Both the position numbers and the translations under genes were made by a program. From assembly GCA_963804955.1 (NCBI GenBank), contig CAWDSQ010000014.1, forward strand, positions 96,001-160,000: a DNA stretch of 64,000 nucleotides, written 5' to 3'. Source of the stretch: an uncultured delta proteobacterium. GTDB lineage: Bacteria > Desulfobacterota > WTBG01 > CAIYCZ01 > CAIRTM01. The notes below the pieces were generated by a model. That model was not told the origin of the DNA and did no database searches. It saw only the letters and a program-made list of their open reading frames with translations. Of the stretch, positions 32,236 through 41,821 are shown in pieces. Each line of letters opens with the position of its first letter. Position 1 is the first letter of the stretch.

Positions 32236-33645
32236 TTACTCTTTTGTTTGTGACGGCAGCATCACGCTGAATGTAACGCCGCTGTCCCTGTTCGGCTGCA
32301 CGCTTATCGTGCCGCAATGAGCGTCTGCAATACGCTTGCAAATCTGCAAGCCAAGACCGGCTCCGTGGGAGCGACCTGACCGGGATGCATCAACCTGGTA
32401 AAAACGATTAAATATATGCGGTAGTGCGCTCTGCGGAATACCTATGCCGGTATCACGCACCTGCAGCTGGACGCCACCACGGTCGTGTTTAATGAGCATG
32501 GTTGTTACCAGCCCGCCTTCAGGGGTGAACTTGATGGCGTTGTCCAGCAGATTGCTCACCAGTTGCAGTATGCGCGTTCTATCGCCGCATATCACAACAT
32601 CATCGCATCGTTCGCAGGTAAACCGCAACTGCTTCTCCTGGGCCATGGGCAAAAAGAATTCATGAATATCACGCACTATTTCTCCCATGTTAAAACTGGT
32701 TACATCCAGATTAACCTTCTGCATCTCGAAGCGAGATATCAAAAACAGATCATTAACCATCTTTATGAGAAAATTGATACGCTCAAGGCATTCAGCCATG
32801 CTCTCACGGTATTCACTGACATCGCGATTCTCCGAAAGCGCAACCTCCAGGGTGCCCTTAAGAGCAAAAAGCGGGTTACGAAGCTCATGGGACACATCGG
32901 CGGTAAACTGTTTGGTCTCGCCGAAGGACTTTTCCAGCCGGTCAATCATGGAGTTGATCGTAAGGGTCAGCTCCTGCACTTCGTCACGCGCCGGCGGCAC
33001 GGGAAGCCGCTCCTGGAGGTTATGCGACGAAATTCTGTTTGCCACCCGCGCGATGCCTTTGATGATCTGCCGGGGTTTGTTTGCCGCAATCATGCCGCAC
33101 AGCAGACTCAGCAGCAGCACGACAGGAAAGGCCAGCAGCAGATTTTCATAGAACCGGTCCAGCAAATCCCTGTCCTGCCGCTTTTCCGTGGCGATCTGCA
33201 CATACAGGTCGGGAATTTCGTCCATGGCTATTTTCCGCTCGTACAGGCGGTACTGCACAGACCGGCCGGGCATGCGCAGGTTGCTGAATTCCCGCTGATG
33301 CACCTGATCCGGAAACGGCATTTTCCCCGCCCTTTTCGACTGATACAGAAGCTCTCCGGCGCCCGACAGCACCCGAAAATCAAAGGGATAGTATTTTCGC
33401 CGCGCCACATCGGACTCAAACATCTGGCACCCGATGATGACGCTCTTGCTCTCGGCGATGTCATCGACAAGCTCATGCGTCTCATCGACGAGCATCCGGT
33501 CGAGCTGCTTTTCCAGAAGGTGCTCGATCCGCATATAGAAAAAAACACACAGCCCGAGGGCCAGGGCAAGCAGGATGAGTGTTGAAGAAATAGTGAGCCG
33601 TACATCCAGGCGGGAAAAAAAGCTAGTCTTCAGCCTTGAGAACAT
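32236..33645 (-). CDS. HAMP-containing sensor histidine kinase (CusS/ColS-like)
   Basis: Two TMs, HAMP, FTADVSHELRNPL, NLLDNAIKFT and GAGLGL; overlaps the regulator stop. Confidence 0.92.
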   Translation of the reverse strand: MFSRLKTSFFSRLDVRLTISSTLILLALALGLCVFFYMRIEHLLEKQLDRMLVDETHELVDDIAESKSVIIGCQMFESDVARRKYYPFDFRVLSGAGELLYQSKRAGKMPFPDQVHQREFSNLRMPGRSVQYRLYERKIAMDEIPDLYVQIATEKRQDRDLLDRFYENLLLAFPVVLLLSLLCGMIAANKPRQIIKGIARVANRISSHNLQERLPVPPARDEVQELTLTINSMIDRLEKSFGETKQFTADVSHELRNPLFALKGTLEVALSENRDVSEYRESMAECLERINFLIKMVNDLFLISRFEMQKVNLDVTSFNMGEIVRDIHEFFLPMAQEKQLRFTCERCDDVVICGDRTRILQLVSNLLDNAIKFTPEGGLVTTMLIKHDRGGVQLQVRDTGIGIPQSALPHIFNRFYQVDASRSGRSHGAGLGLQICKRIADAHCGTISVQPNRDSGVTFSVMLPSQTKE

Positions 33646-34300
33646 ACCCGACGCCCTTAATGGTTTTGATGAGTTTGACGGCGGCATCAGAGTCTATCTT
33701 GCCGCGCAGGCGATTTATGTGCACGTCGATGATATTGCTTGAGGGGTCAAAATCATAGCCCCAGACGCGCTCAAGGATCATGGTGCGCGTGAGAATCTGC
33801 CCTGCATTGCGCATCATGTATTCAAGCAGCGCGAACTCCTTGCCCGAAAGCTCTATAACCTGCCCTGCCCGCTCGGCTGTGCGTGATATAAGGTTGAGGG
33901 TCAGGTCTGCAAGGGTAAGACGCGAGCTCTCGCTCTCTTTTTGCCCGCGCCGCAGAACAGCCCTGACGCGGGCCAGCAGCTCGGGGAAAGAAAAAGGCTT
34001 GATAAGATAGTCATCAGCGCCCAGCTCCAGGCCATGCACCACATCGCTTTTCTCATCGCGAGCCGTAAGAAAAATAACGGGTGTCGCACTGCCGGCCCGG
34101 CGCGCCGCCTTTAAAAGCTCAAACCCGCTCATCTCGGGAAGCATGACATCAAGAATTATAAGATCATACACATGCGATGTTGCCAGATACAGGCCCTCTT
34201 CACCGTCAAAAACCGCGTCTACTATGTATCCCACTTCGGAGAGACCCTTTTTTAAAAAACGCGATGCGCTTCGGTCATCTTCAACTAGCAGAATGCGCAT
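33623..34300 (-). CDS. OmpR-family response regulator (CusR/ColR-like)
   Basis: MRILLVEDD, DVMLP, GADDYLIKPFSF and winged helix NIIDVHINRLRGKID. Confidence 0.93.
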   Translation of the reverse strand: MRILLVEDDRSASRFLKKGLSEVGYIVDAVFDGEEGLYLATSHVYDLIILDVMLPEMSGFELLKAARRAGSATPVIFLTARDEKSDVVHGLELGADDYLIKPFSFPELLARVRAVLRRGQKESESSRLTLADLTLNLISRTAERAGQVIELSGKEFALLEYMMRNAGQILTRTMILERVWGYDFDPSSNIIDVHINRLRGKIDSDAAVKLIKTIKGVGYVLKAED

Positions 34301-34346
34301 TATATGCTCCATAGTGGTCAATAAAGCAGTGCAAGCGTATTTCGGG

Positions 34347-35237
34347 CTACCTGGCATAAATCAGCACAGGACGCGCCGCAGGATCGTCGGCAAGCTGTCG
34401 CCTGGCTCTTTCAGCATCAGCCCGGCCATAGGGGCCGACAAGTACCCGATGCCAGTCGACGCCGTTAATGCGAACCCGCTCGACCCGGCTCTCATAGCCT
34501 TTGCCCTGTAGTTGGCCTGCCATATGATCAGCTCGCTGACCGCTGCTGAACGACGCAACCTGAATATCGGCTCTGAAGCTGTTTTTGGTGTCGTCTGCGG
34601 GCTCGGGAACACTCCGGGCAAGTTCCCGGCAGGTGCGCTCTATCAAATCCTGCATGCGCTCATCGCTCGCATCGCCACTGGTGTGAACAGCCGCAGACAC
34701 CAGCGACAGGGGATGCAGCGGCACATCGCCGCTTTGTATCCGCTTCTCGGCAGCTGTCTTCCAGACAGTCCTGCCGCGCCGGGTTTCGACGAGCCGAATC
34801 TCAACGTTCATGGCAATCTGCGAATAAAAAATAAAAAAAAGGCGCCGGGTGCTCAGAACCCTGCCATAAACAAGATAGTCGGCCTTGAAGCATCTGCCCA
34901 GCTCTATGGGCGACAGGCCGCTCCATTGCCTGCCTGACAAGGCATCCAGCGTATCGAGCATGGTATCGATATCACGTGGCTCGACATCATAGTATTTTTT
35001 GGGGCTGAAGTGGCTGAAAAAACTCTGCCGGACCCGTGAAGCAAGCTGTGGATTGTCTTCATCGCCTTCAAACGGCAAAACAACCACGCGGCGGTTGTTC
35101 CCCATATGCTGCGTAAATACCGCCGGGACTTGACTGTTGGCATATTCAGCCCCGCGCCCTGCGCACGATACTATACCCGCCAAACACAGAGCCGTGCCCA
35201 GAAGCATATAGAAAACAGCCAGCATCTGCCGCCCCAT
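34347..35237 (-). CDS. Lipoprotein (DUF799/CsgG-like fold) with C-terminal SPOR domain
   Basis: Lipobox IVSC; VVVLPF...ADYLVYGRV; SPOR-like IQVASF...WHRVLVGPY. Confidence 0.7.
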   Translation of the reverse strand: MGRQMLAVFYMLLGTALCLAGIVSCAGRGAEYANSQVPAVFTQHMGNNRRVVVLPFEGDEDNPQLASRVRQSFFSHFSPKKYYDVEPRDIDTMLDTLDALSGRQWSGLSPIELGRCFKADYLVYGRVLSTRRLFFIFYSQIAMNVEIRLVETRRGRTVWKTAAEKRIQSGDVPLHPLSLVSAAVHTSGDASDERMQDLIERTCRELARSVPEPADDTKNSFRADIQVASFSSGQRADHMAGQLQGKGYESRVERVRINGVDWHRVLVGPYGRADAERARRQLADDPAARPVLIYAR

Positions 35238-35261
35238 GCAAAACGCACGCAGCCTGAAGCT

Positions 35262-35883
35262 CTACTCCTGCGATGCGCCCCTTTTTATTAAACGCACAAA
35301 CCGTTTCAGTGATTTCACACACCGGTACAGAACACCAAAAACACCGGCTGGTACGGGTTTTGACAAACCCACGAATCGCGCCTTCATGCGGGCATATGCA
35401 TACCGGTCAAGCTGCATGGCAAGTCGTCGCGATGATGCCGGGGCGCTGAGAATTGCGGGCTATGACAGCATGGGCAAAGTCAATAATATGCACATCGCCA
35501 TCGTCGGACACGAGCACATTTGACCGGTGTAGATCCATATTAGCAACGCCGCGGTCATGCATGGACCGGAGAACGCGCTCAATTTTTTCAAAAACAGCTT
35601 CCGGGACGCTACGGCGCTTGAAGAGACCAAGATGCCTGCCGTCGACAAAATCCAGCTCCAGGCAGCCCGCCTCAGTCATGCCATGGCATACCGGGATACC
35701 TGATACGCCTGCCAGCCGTTTATACGCCCGGGCCTCATTGCGAAGCGTCATACAGCCATAGAAACGAACAAGAGGATTTTGCACTCCGCCGTAATCCTTT
35801 ACGACAATCTTGCGTCCTGCGCGCTCTTCAATCCGAACGCTGCCCTTGCTTTTATTGCGCGGCTGCATGCGATCCCGTCTCAT
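35262..35883 (-). CDS. RIO/Kdo-like kinase-fold protein, paralogue of 16124-16783 (frameshift near 35425)
   Basis: IVVKDY, NEARAY, HDRGVANMDLHRSNVLV and IIDFA; alternate frame continues to TAG 35262. Confidence 0.7.
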
Positions 35884-36073
35884 GGTGGCACTACTCTCCC
35901 TGATTGAAACGGCCCATGGCCGCCACTGCAGATTGTTTGCGAAGCAGAACAAAACCCCTTCCGTGAAGGGGGTGCAGCTCCCTGACTGGCATAAACCACA
36001 TCCCCGCCCGCGGCTGCCCGTTCTGCAAGCTGGTGACCGTCATGGCAAAAAAGCGATCACCTGGAGTAGACAA

Positions 36074-36122
36074 GTCAACAACCACCCGCATAGAGGGTGG
36101 CTTGATTTCGCCCTGAAAGGGC
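36074..36122 (+). mobile_element. Possible solitary IS200/IS605-type end hairpin
   Basis: GTCAACAACCACCC-GCATAGA-GGGTGGCTTG...GCCCTGAAAGGGC resembles IS200/IS605 end hairpins; no tnpA/tnpB/iscB nearby. Confidence 0.35.
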
Positions 36123-36528
36123 GTAAGCAAAAACACGCGGTTTTTATGTTGCCTTCTTCAGGAACCATTGCCATAAGCTATGGTTCCTGAAGACAATAAA
36201 CCTCTGGCCAATCATCATCCCTTCATCGTTATGATCGGTCGAGCAGCATGAAATGTAAAGATTTAATTTTCTTACTGACAGATACAGGCGAGTGGGCCAC
36301 TACTCCCGCCAAGCATGCAGGTGGCCGTGTAAAAAGCCTTCACCGAGCCCTCTGCATTGCGGCTGACAAAAATATCCTTTGCGTAAAAAAATTGGTCAAA
36401 AAAAGCATGAACCCGTCGACAAGCACTTCTTCGGCGGGAAAAAGCAGCGCCCCTGCCCCAGCAATCGTTTTTTACATAACCCGTGCCCTGCGTCGGCAGA
36501 GCGATGCAGCCCACCTGCCGCTGATGTT

Positions 36529-37239
36529 TTATTTTTTTATCGGGCCTGAGGGGGTGGGCGCTTCAACCTCGATGCCCGCAGAAGGCTGCTCTGATTTCTT
36601 AAAAAGCGGACAACACCGCCAGTCCTGGCTGTACCCACCGGTAAGCGCCTCTGCCTTCGTTCTAAAAATCAGCCGGTCGTCAAAGGCAAGCCCCTTTACA
36701 TGCGAGCATGACGGGCGGTGAAAAATTTTACCGCTTTTTGAACCGACATAATAGGGCTCATCGCTTTGATCTTCAAAGGCCCAGAGGCCCCGTCTGTTTT
36801 TTCGAGCGTCCTGCTGCAGCTCCAGAAAAAAATTACGGTGCTGAACATTGCCGTCAGGCGCTGCAACAAGGCCATAGCCGTTTTTGAGAAGCTCGGCATT
36901 CACGAAAAGCTGGTCGACATAGACATACACCAGCTGCCTGCCGTCGGTATCGACGGCCACGGTATCGGTTTGAATTCGCACCCGGCGCCGCTCGACAAGG
37001 GCACTGTTGGCATTACGGCAGAACTCAAAAAAAGGCTTGCCCTTCTGGGGCACGTCAACGCCGATATAGCGCACCCTGACATCCTTTGCTTTGGCTGCCT
37101 GCGCCTGCAGCTTGATACAATTGCCGCTGTACACTTTTGTCACTGCGCGCAGCTCATCGGCTGCCCATGCCGGTGCAAGAGTCAGCAGGGCAGCTGCTGA
37201 AAAAGCGATGCATTGCCGGTACACCAGCCCCCTAGTCAT
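36529..37239 (-). CDS. Secreted thermonuclease (SNase)-like protein with C-terminal Ada-type metal-binding domain
   Basis: Signal peptide (AWA); VRYIGVD-x-P, GRQLVYV, VNAELLKNGY, ARKNRRGLW; YVGSKSGKIFHRPSC. Confidence 0.8.
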   Translation of the reverse strand: MTRGLVYRQCIAFSAAALLTLAPAWAADELRAVTKVYSGNCIKLQAQAAKAKDVRVRYIGVDVPQKGKPFFEFCRNANSALVERRRVRIQTDTVAVDTDGRQLVYVYVDQLFVNAELLKNGYGLVAAPDGNVQHRNFFLELQQDARKNRRGLWAFEDQSDEPYYVGSKSGKIFHRPSCSHVKGLAFDDRLIFRTKAEALTGGYSQDWRCCPLFKKSEQPSAGIEVEAPTPSGPIKK

Positions 37240-38915
37240 GGCACAACTCCCTTGGCCGCAAAGTTCGACAGCAGTACTTTGTTGTAATTTGCCGCCGTCA
37301 GATATGGTGCAAAAAGCTCTTTATGATACTTATAGCGCTTGTCAGTGGTAAATACAATACAGGGCTCGGCCCCCTGCAGTTTGCGGACGAGCTTTTCCTC
37401 ATCCGTGTCCATGATGACCTGACGGCGCAGATAAAACGACAGGCTGTTGAAAATTTTAACGCCGGTGTACAGTTCACGGGCCTGAGCGATAACGGCTTCA
37501 TTTTCCTTCAAAAAAGCCTTCACCGAGCGGTTCTTCTCTACCCATGCTGTGCCATAGCCCAGGCCGGGAATAAGGGTCAAAAAAGTCACGAAACTCAGCG
37601 CAACACATGCGCTGCGCGCATGGCCCCGCGCAGCGAGCCAGAGCGCAGCAAGTGCAGGCACAATGAGGGTAAACATTCCAGCCATGCCCCCGACGATCAA
37701 ATCAGGCTGATTTTTTGAAAGCCACGAAAGCCCTTTGAATGCCCCGACAATCGAAACGGCCAAACAGGCAAAAAATGACACAACAAGCCCTGTATCACGC
37801 TTGCCCGGAAATTCGCGCAGGGCATCGCTAATAACCGTGCCGAGCCATGCGGCGCAAACGCAGGAGAGCATAACGACATATTGCGCTTTTTTGGTGGCGC
37901 AAACGGTAAAAAATAAAAAAACAAACAAAAACCACGTCTCCAGAAAAGAGCGCAGCCGGCTCGGCGCAAGCTTTTGAAAACGCTGGTACAAAGCCCAGGG
38001 CAACAGAAAAACCCAGGGCAGCAGACCCGCAAAAAGCACAATAAAATAATAATACAAAGGATCATAATTGCGGCCGAACAACCCGAAAATCCGTCCGGCT
38101 GTCTCGCGCCGCGACAGCTCCGTCATTGTTTCCTTATCGACGAAAAAATAGATATAGAGATACCAGGGCAGAGATGCCAGCAGCACAAGGACAAGACACC
38201 TGCCAAGACGCAGGCTTTTGAGCTCACGCATATCCCGCTGCTGCCAGAGGCTGAGCAGGGCAACGGCAACAGGCACCAGAATCCCCACAGGGCCCTTGGT
38301 CCATGCGGCAATAACCTGAAAAAAATAAAAGCCCGCATACCACCATTTCTTGGCGCCGGACTCAACAGCCTGCCAGCCAAGATAAAAACAAAAAAGAGAG
38401 GCTATGATAAAAAAGCTGAAAACCATGTCCGGCATGGTCATGCGAGCCGGCACAAAAAACAGCGGGCTTGATCCCATAATAAGGCAGGAAAGGGCGGCAG
38501 CGGTAATGCCGCAGAAGCGCTGCATAAAAAAGAATGCTGCAACCAGCAGCGCCAGAGCCGCAAGCACGGAGGGGAGCCTGGCGCTGAACTCGGAGACATC
38601 CAGAAGCTTATAGCTTGCACAAATAAACAGATAATGCAGCACAGGCTTCTGGAGCCGAAGCTCATAGTTGAAATAGGGGACCATGTATGAGCCCCGCTCG
38701 ATCATCTCGCGGGCTGCTTCAGCATAGCGGGGTTCATCGGGATCGGCAAGGGGAACATGCGCCGAGCTTATAAAACAGAACAAAACCGATTACCGCAACA
38801 AGACCAAAAATAATACTGATGCGTTTAGCGTCAGGTGGCCATTGAACACCTTGAGGGATGGCAGTGAAGCAGGGTCTTGACCGTTACAGGGCTTTCCCAC
38901 CATGCGCTCAGGCAT
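37236..38915 (-). CDS. ArnT-like GT-C glycosyltransferase; N-terminus frameshifted and start uncertain
   Basis: DPDEPRYAEAAREM, QKPVLHY, FSARLPS and TKGPVG motifs; many TMs; intact ORF 37236-38783. Confidence 0.85.
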
Positions 38916-38939
38916 TATGCGTGATCTTCCTGCACAGGG

Positions 38940-39213
38940 TTAACAGCCTGCAGCTGCATTTTTTTTTATCAGAATCAGATTGCGCATATACACGACAAGA
39001 CCGCAACCCTGACCCAGGACAAAAACCGGATCTTTTTTATAAAGCGCATAGACGAATAAAATCAGTCCGCCGACAATGACTCAAATACCAGAAGGCAATA
39101 GGGATGGTGCTTTTCTTGTTTTTTTCAGATATGATCCACTGTACGATAAAGCGTGCTGAAAATGCCGCCTGCCCCAGAAAGCCGAACAGGACCCAGCCGT
39201 TTATAAAATCCAT
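38940..39213 (-). CDS. Lipid A biosynthesis N-terminal domain (LAB_N) protein, missed by the ORF track (frameshift near 39078)
   Basis: Manual translation GFLGQAAFSARFIVQWIISEKNKKSTIPIAFWYLS / GGLILFVYALYKKDPVFVLGQ...YMRNL; 274 nt equals 91 codons plus 1. Confidence 0.85.
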
Positions 39214-39936
39214 TTATTTCTGCTCCTCAATTGTATAACCGAGATAGCGTTTTTTCATCCAGCACACCGCCAGCAGGTCGAGAAATGAGCGCATGATCCG
39301 GTTGCTGATGCCGTATTTGGGAGTTCCGAATTTACGGGGCCGGTGATTGACTTTCACTTCGGCCACCCTCCCTCCTTCGAATTTCACCAGGGTTGGGAAA
39401 AACCGGTGCATGCCGGTAAACAGCTTGAGCCGCTGGGCATACTCGCGCCTGAACACTTTGAGAGAACAGCCCACATCCTGAATATTCTCACCGCTGAGCT
39501 TGTTGCGAATGCCATTGGCGATGCGGGATGAAACCCTGCGCACGACATTGTCGTTGCGCTTATGACGCCAGCCGCAGACAAGATCATACTGCCCGATCAA
39601 GGGAAGCATGGCGGGTATATCATGCGGGTCGTTCTGCAAATCGGCATCCATGGTGATGACAACATCACCCCGGGCCGCCCTGAAACCCGCATCAAAGGCG
39701 GCGGTCTGCCCGCTGTTCTTTTTGAAACGGATTATCCTGATGCCCTGATGCTGCTGCCGCAGTTCGTCAAGCTTCTGAGGGCTTGCATCCGTTGAGCCGT
39801 CATCGACAAAAATAATTTCATACGGACGATTGATTTCCGCAAGCACCTCGACAAGCTCCCGGGTGAGGGGGTCGATATTTTCCTCTTCATTAAAGACCGG
39901 GACCACAACGGAAATATAGGGCAAAGCGCTCATCAT
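39214..39936 (-). CDS. GT2 polyprenol-phosphate glycosyltransferase (ArnC/DPM-like)
   Basis: VVPVFNEEEN, VDDGSTD, GQTAAF, MDADLQNDP and MHRFFP motifs. Confidence 0.92.
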   Translation of the reverse strand: MMSALPYISVVVPVFNEEENIDPLTRELVEVLAEINRPYEIIFVDDGSTDASPQKLDELRQQHQGIRIIRFKKNSGQTAAFDAGFRAARGDVVITMDADLQNDPHDIPAMLPLIGQYDLVCGWRHKRNDNVVRRVSSRIANGIRNKLSGENIQDVGCSLKVFRREYAQRLKLFTGMHRFFPTLVKFEGGRVAEVKVNHRPRKFGTPKYGISNRIMRSFLDLLAVCWMKKRYLGYTIEEQK

Positions 39937-39956
39937 GTATCCCTTATAGTATTCCC

Positions 39957-40511
39957 TTAGAAAGGAAAATATAATTTCAAAAGCATTCCTGCAAAAACGC
40001 CAAGCACGATCAGGATAAAATACTGCTCACGGTTTTCCTTCCAGAAAAGCGCAGAGCTCCAAGGCCGGCGGGCGGAATGCGGGTACGGGGTCAGCCGGGG
40101 AATGAGGCTGTGCACCTCTGCGGCATAGCGGGTGTACTCTTCTCCGAAAATATCTGTAAGCCAGGTCATTTCCTTTTTGTATTTTCTCGGCATATAGCTC
40201 CAGAAAAAGATACCCAGCCCCACCACCAGCAGCAAGAAGCACCAGGGCCCGCCCATGATGCAAAAACCGACGAGCAGAAACAGGCGGCCAAAATACAGGG
40301 GATCGCGCACATAGGCATAGGGCCCCGAGGTGGCAAGCTCTTTTTTCCGTTTCAGATGCCCGGCTGCCCAGCAACGAGCCGCTTCGCCGATAACGACAAA
40401 AACCAGGCCTGCCAGAATGGTTGCCACAGTGGGCCTGGCAAGAAAAACAGCAAGCAGAATGGCTGCAATAAGCCCGATGGTTTTAAGAATTTTCGCATGT
40501 CGTGTTTTCAA
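39957..40511 (-). CDS. Isoprenylcysteine carboxyl methyltransferase / PEMT family membrane protein
   Basis: LATSGPYAYVRDPLYFG and FGEEYTRY motifs. Confidence 0.8.
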   Translation of the reverse strand: MKTRHAKILKTIGLIAAILLAVFLARPTVATILAGLVFVVIGEAARCWAAGHLKRKKELATSGPYAYVRDPLYFGRLFLLVGFCIMGGPWCFLLLVVGLGIFFWSYMPRKYKKEMTWLTDIFGEEYTRYAAEVHSLIPRLTPYPHSARRPWSSALFWKENREQYFILIVLGVFAGMLLKLYFPF

Positions 40512-40827
40512 TTTCAGCTCCCTGTTTATTTATTATTCTATGGCCCGCAGCATGTTCCGGCGAAAGTCTGGTTATTGGGAATGCAGCCCCGCAGGGATAA
40601 CCGCTTTAGGCTTTCAGAACCTTGTATGTAGAAGAAAGAACTACAGAGGTGGGTCAAAAGCTGCCTGTGAAAAAGCCTTATTAAATAGTAGTATTAATAT
40701 AAAAAGCCGGTGAAGTAAATACTAAATAAAGAGGATTAATTTTTTTTAATCCGGATTATTCGACAAGTATACAACGCAGGGACTATGGCGCGCAGGCGCA
40801 CTGTTTGCTGGCCGGGGTAAAAATTTC

Positions 40828-41530
40828 TCAGTGCGCTAGAATATCGTTGACCTGTTGCTGATAGCGGTCGATGAAGGCATCATCAAAGGGTTTCAGGCTT
40901 TGCAGCGAGGGGTCAAGGACCGAGTCGGGGTTGAAGTTCTGTATGCGCAGCCTGGAGGCGCCGTTGAGATCACGGGCCACCTGCAGAATCTCATCGGGTC
41001 CGTGATAGGATGGCACGACAGTCAGTCGGAACTCATGTTCAACCGGGCTGTCCATCAAAATCCTTATGCTGTGCTTGACCGCTTCAAGCACGCTCGCAGA
41101 CTGCGTGATAGCGCAATAGCTGCGCTCATCAAGGGCGGCTTTTACGTCCATGGCTACATAGTCGACAAGCCTGGCATCAATCAGGCGCTTGAGCAATGCG
41201 GGATTGCTGCCATTGGTGTCAAGCTTGGTGAGAAAACCCTGAGCCTTGATATAGGCAAGAATTTCCGGCAGCTGCGGCTGAAGTGTTGCCTCGCCGCCGG
41301 AGAGACAGACCCCGTCGATCCATGCCCGCTCGCGCTGCAGATAGGCCATGATATGGCTGAACTGTATATCTTCAAGCATATCGGGCTTGGTCGACCAACT
41401 GCCCGTTGTGGCAGTAGCGGCACCGAAAATTGCAGCGCGGAAAGAAGATGACTGAGCAGAGTTTGCCCGGCCAGTCCACAAACGATGCTTCTATAAAACC
41501 CTTTATTGAAAGGCTTGCAAGTGATTCCAT
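40828..41530 (-). CDS. nrdG: Anaerobic ribonucleotide reductase activating enzyme (radical SAM); 5' frameshifts
   Basis: IKGFIEASF, DWPGK and CNFRCRYCHN in upstream frames; SGGE, KLDTNGS and YVAMDVK. Confidence 0.85.
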
Positions 41531-41545
41531 TAAATCCCTGCCGGC

Positions 41546-41809
41546 TTAGCTGCCGGTAAGCATATCACGCAATGTCTGCACCGGCGGCACATCGCCCCTG
41601 AAGTCGCCGATGATCGTTTCATTCTGATCTTCGATAATGAAGGTGGGCGTTGCCTGCACGCTGTAGTATGCTCCTTCTGCAAGCCCGTCTGTGGTCCCCA
41701 CATCAAATTCCGTAACTCTGAAACCTTCATCTTTAAGCGCTGCTCCCGCCTGTTTGGCCTGCGGGCACCGGGAGCAGCCGGCCTTTATGAAAATCTTAAC
41801 TGTTCGCAT
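41546..41809 (-). CDS. Glutaredoxin/NrdH-like redoxin
   Basis: CSRC motif and cis-Pro motif VQATPT; 87 aa between nrdD and nrdG. Confidence 0.8.
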   Translation of the reverse strand: MRTVKIFIKAGCSRCPQAKQAGAALKDEGFRVTEFDVGTTDGLAEGAYYSVQATPTFIIEDQNETIIGDFRGDVPPVQTLRDMLTGS

Positions 41810-41821
41810 GCTGATATCCTT

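Noticed and set aside
31219..33585. 306-aa and 366-aa plus-strand ORFs
   Set aside because: Antisense shadows of the MltD-like and histidine kinase genes
36150..36200. Fluoride-riboswitch-like GGCAATGG on the minus strand
   Set aside because: The rest of the crcB consensus is missing and no fluoride-related gene follows
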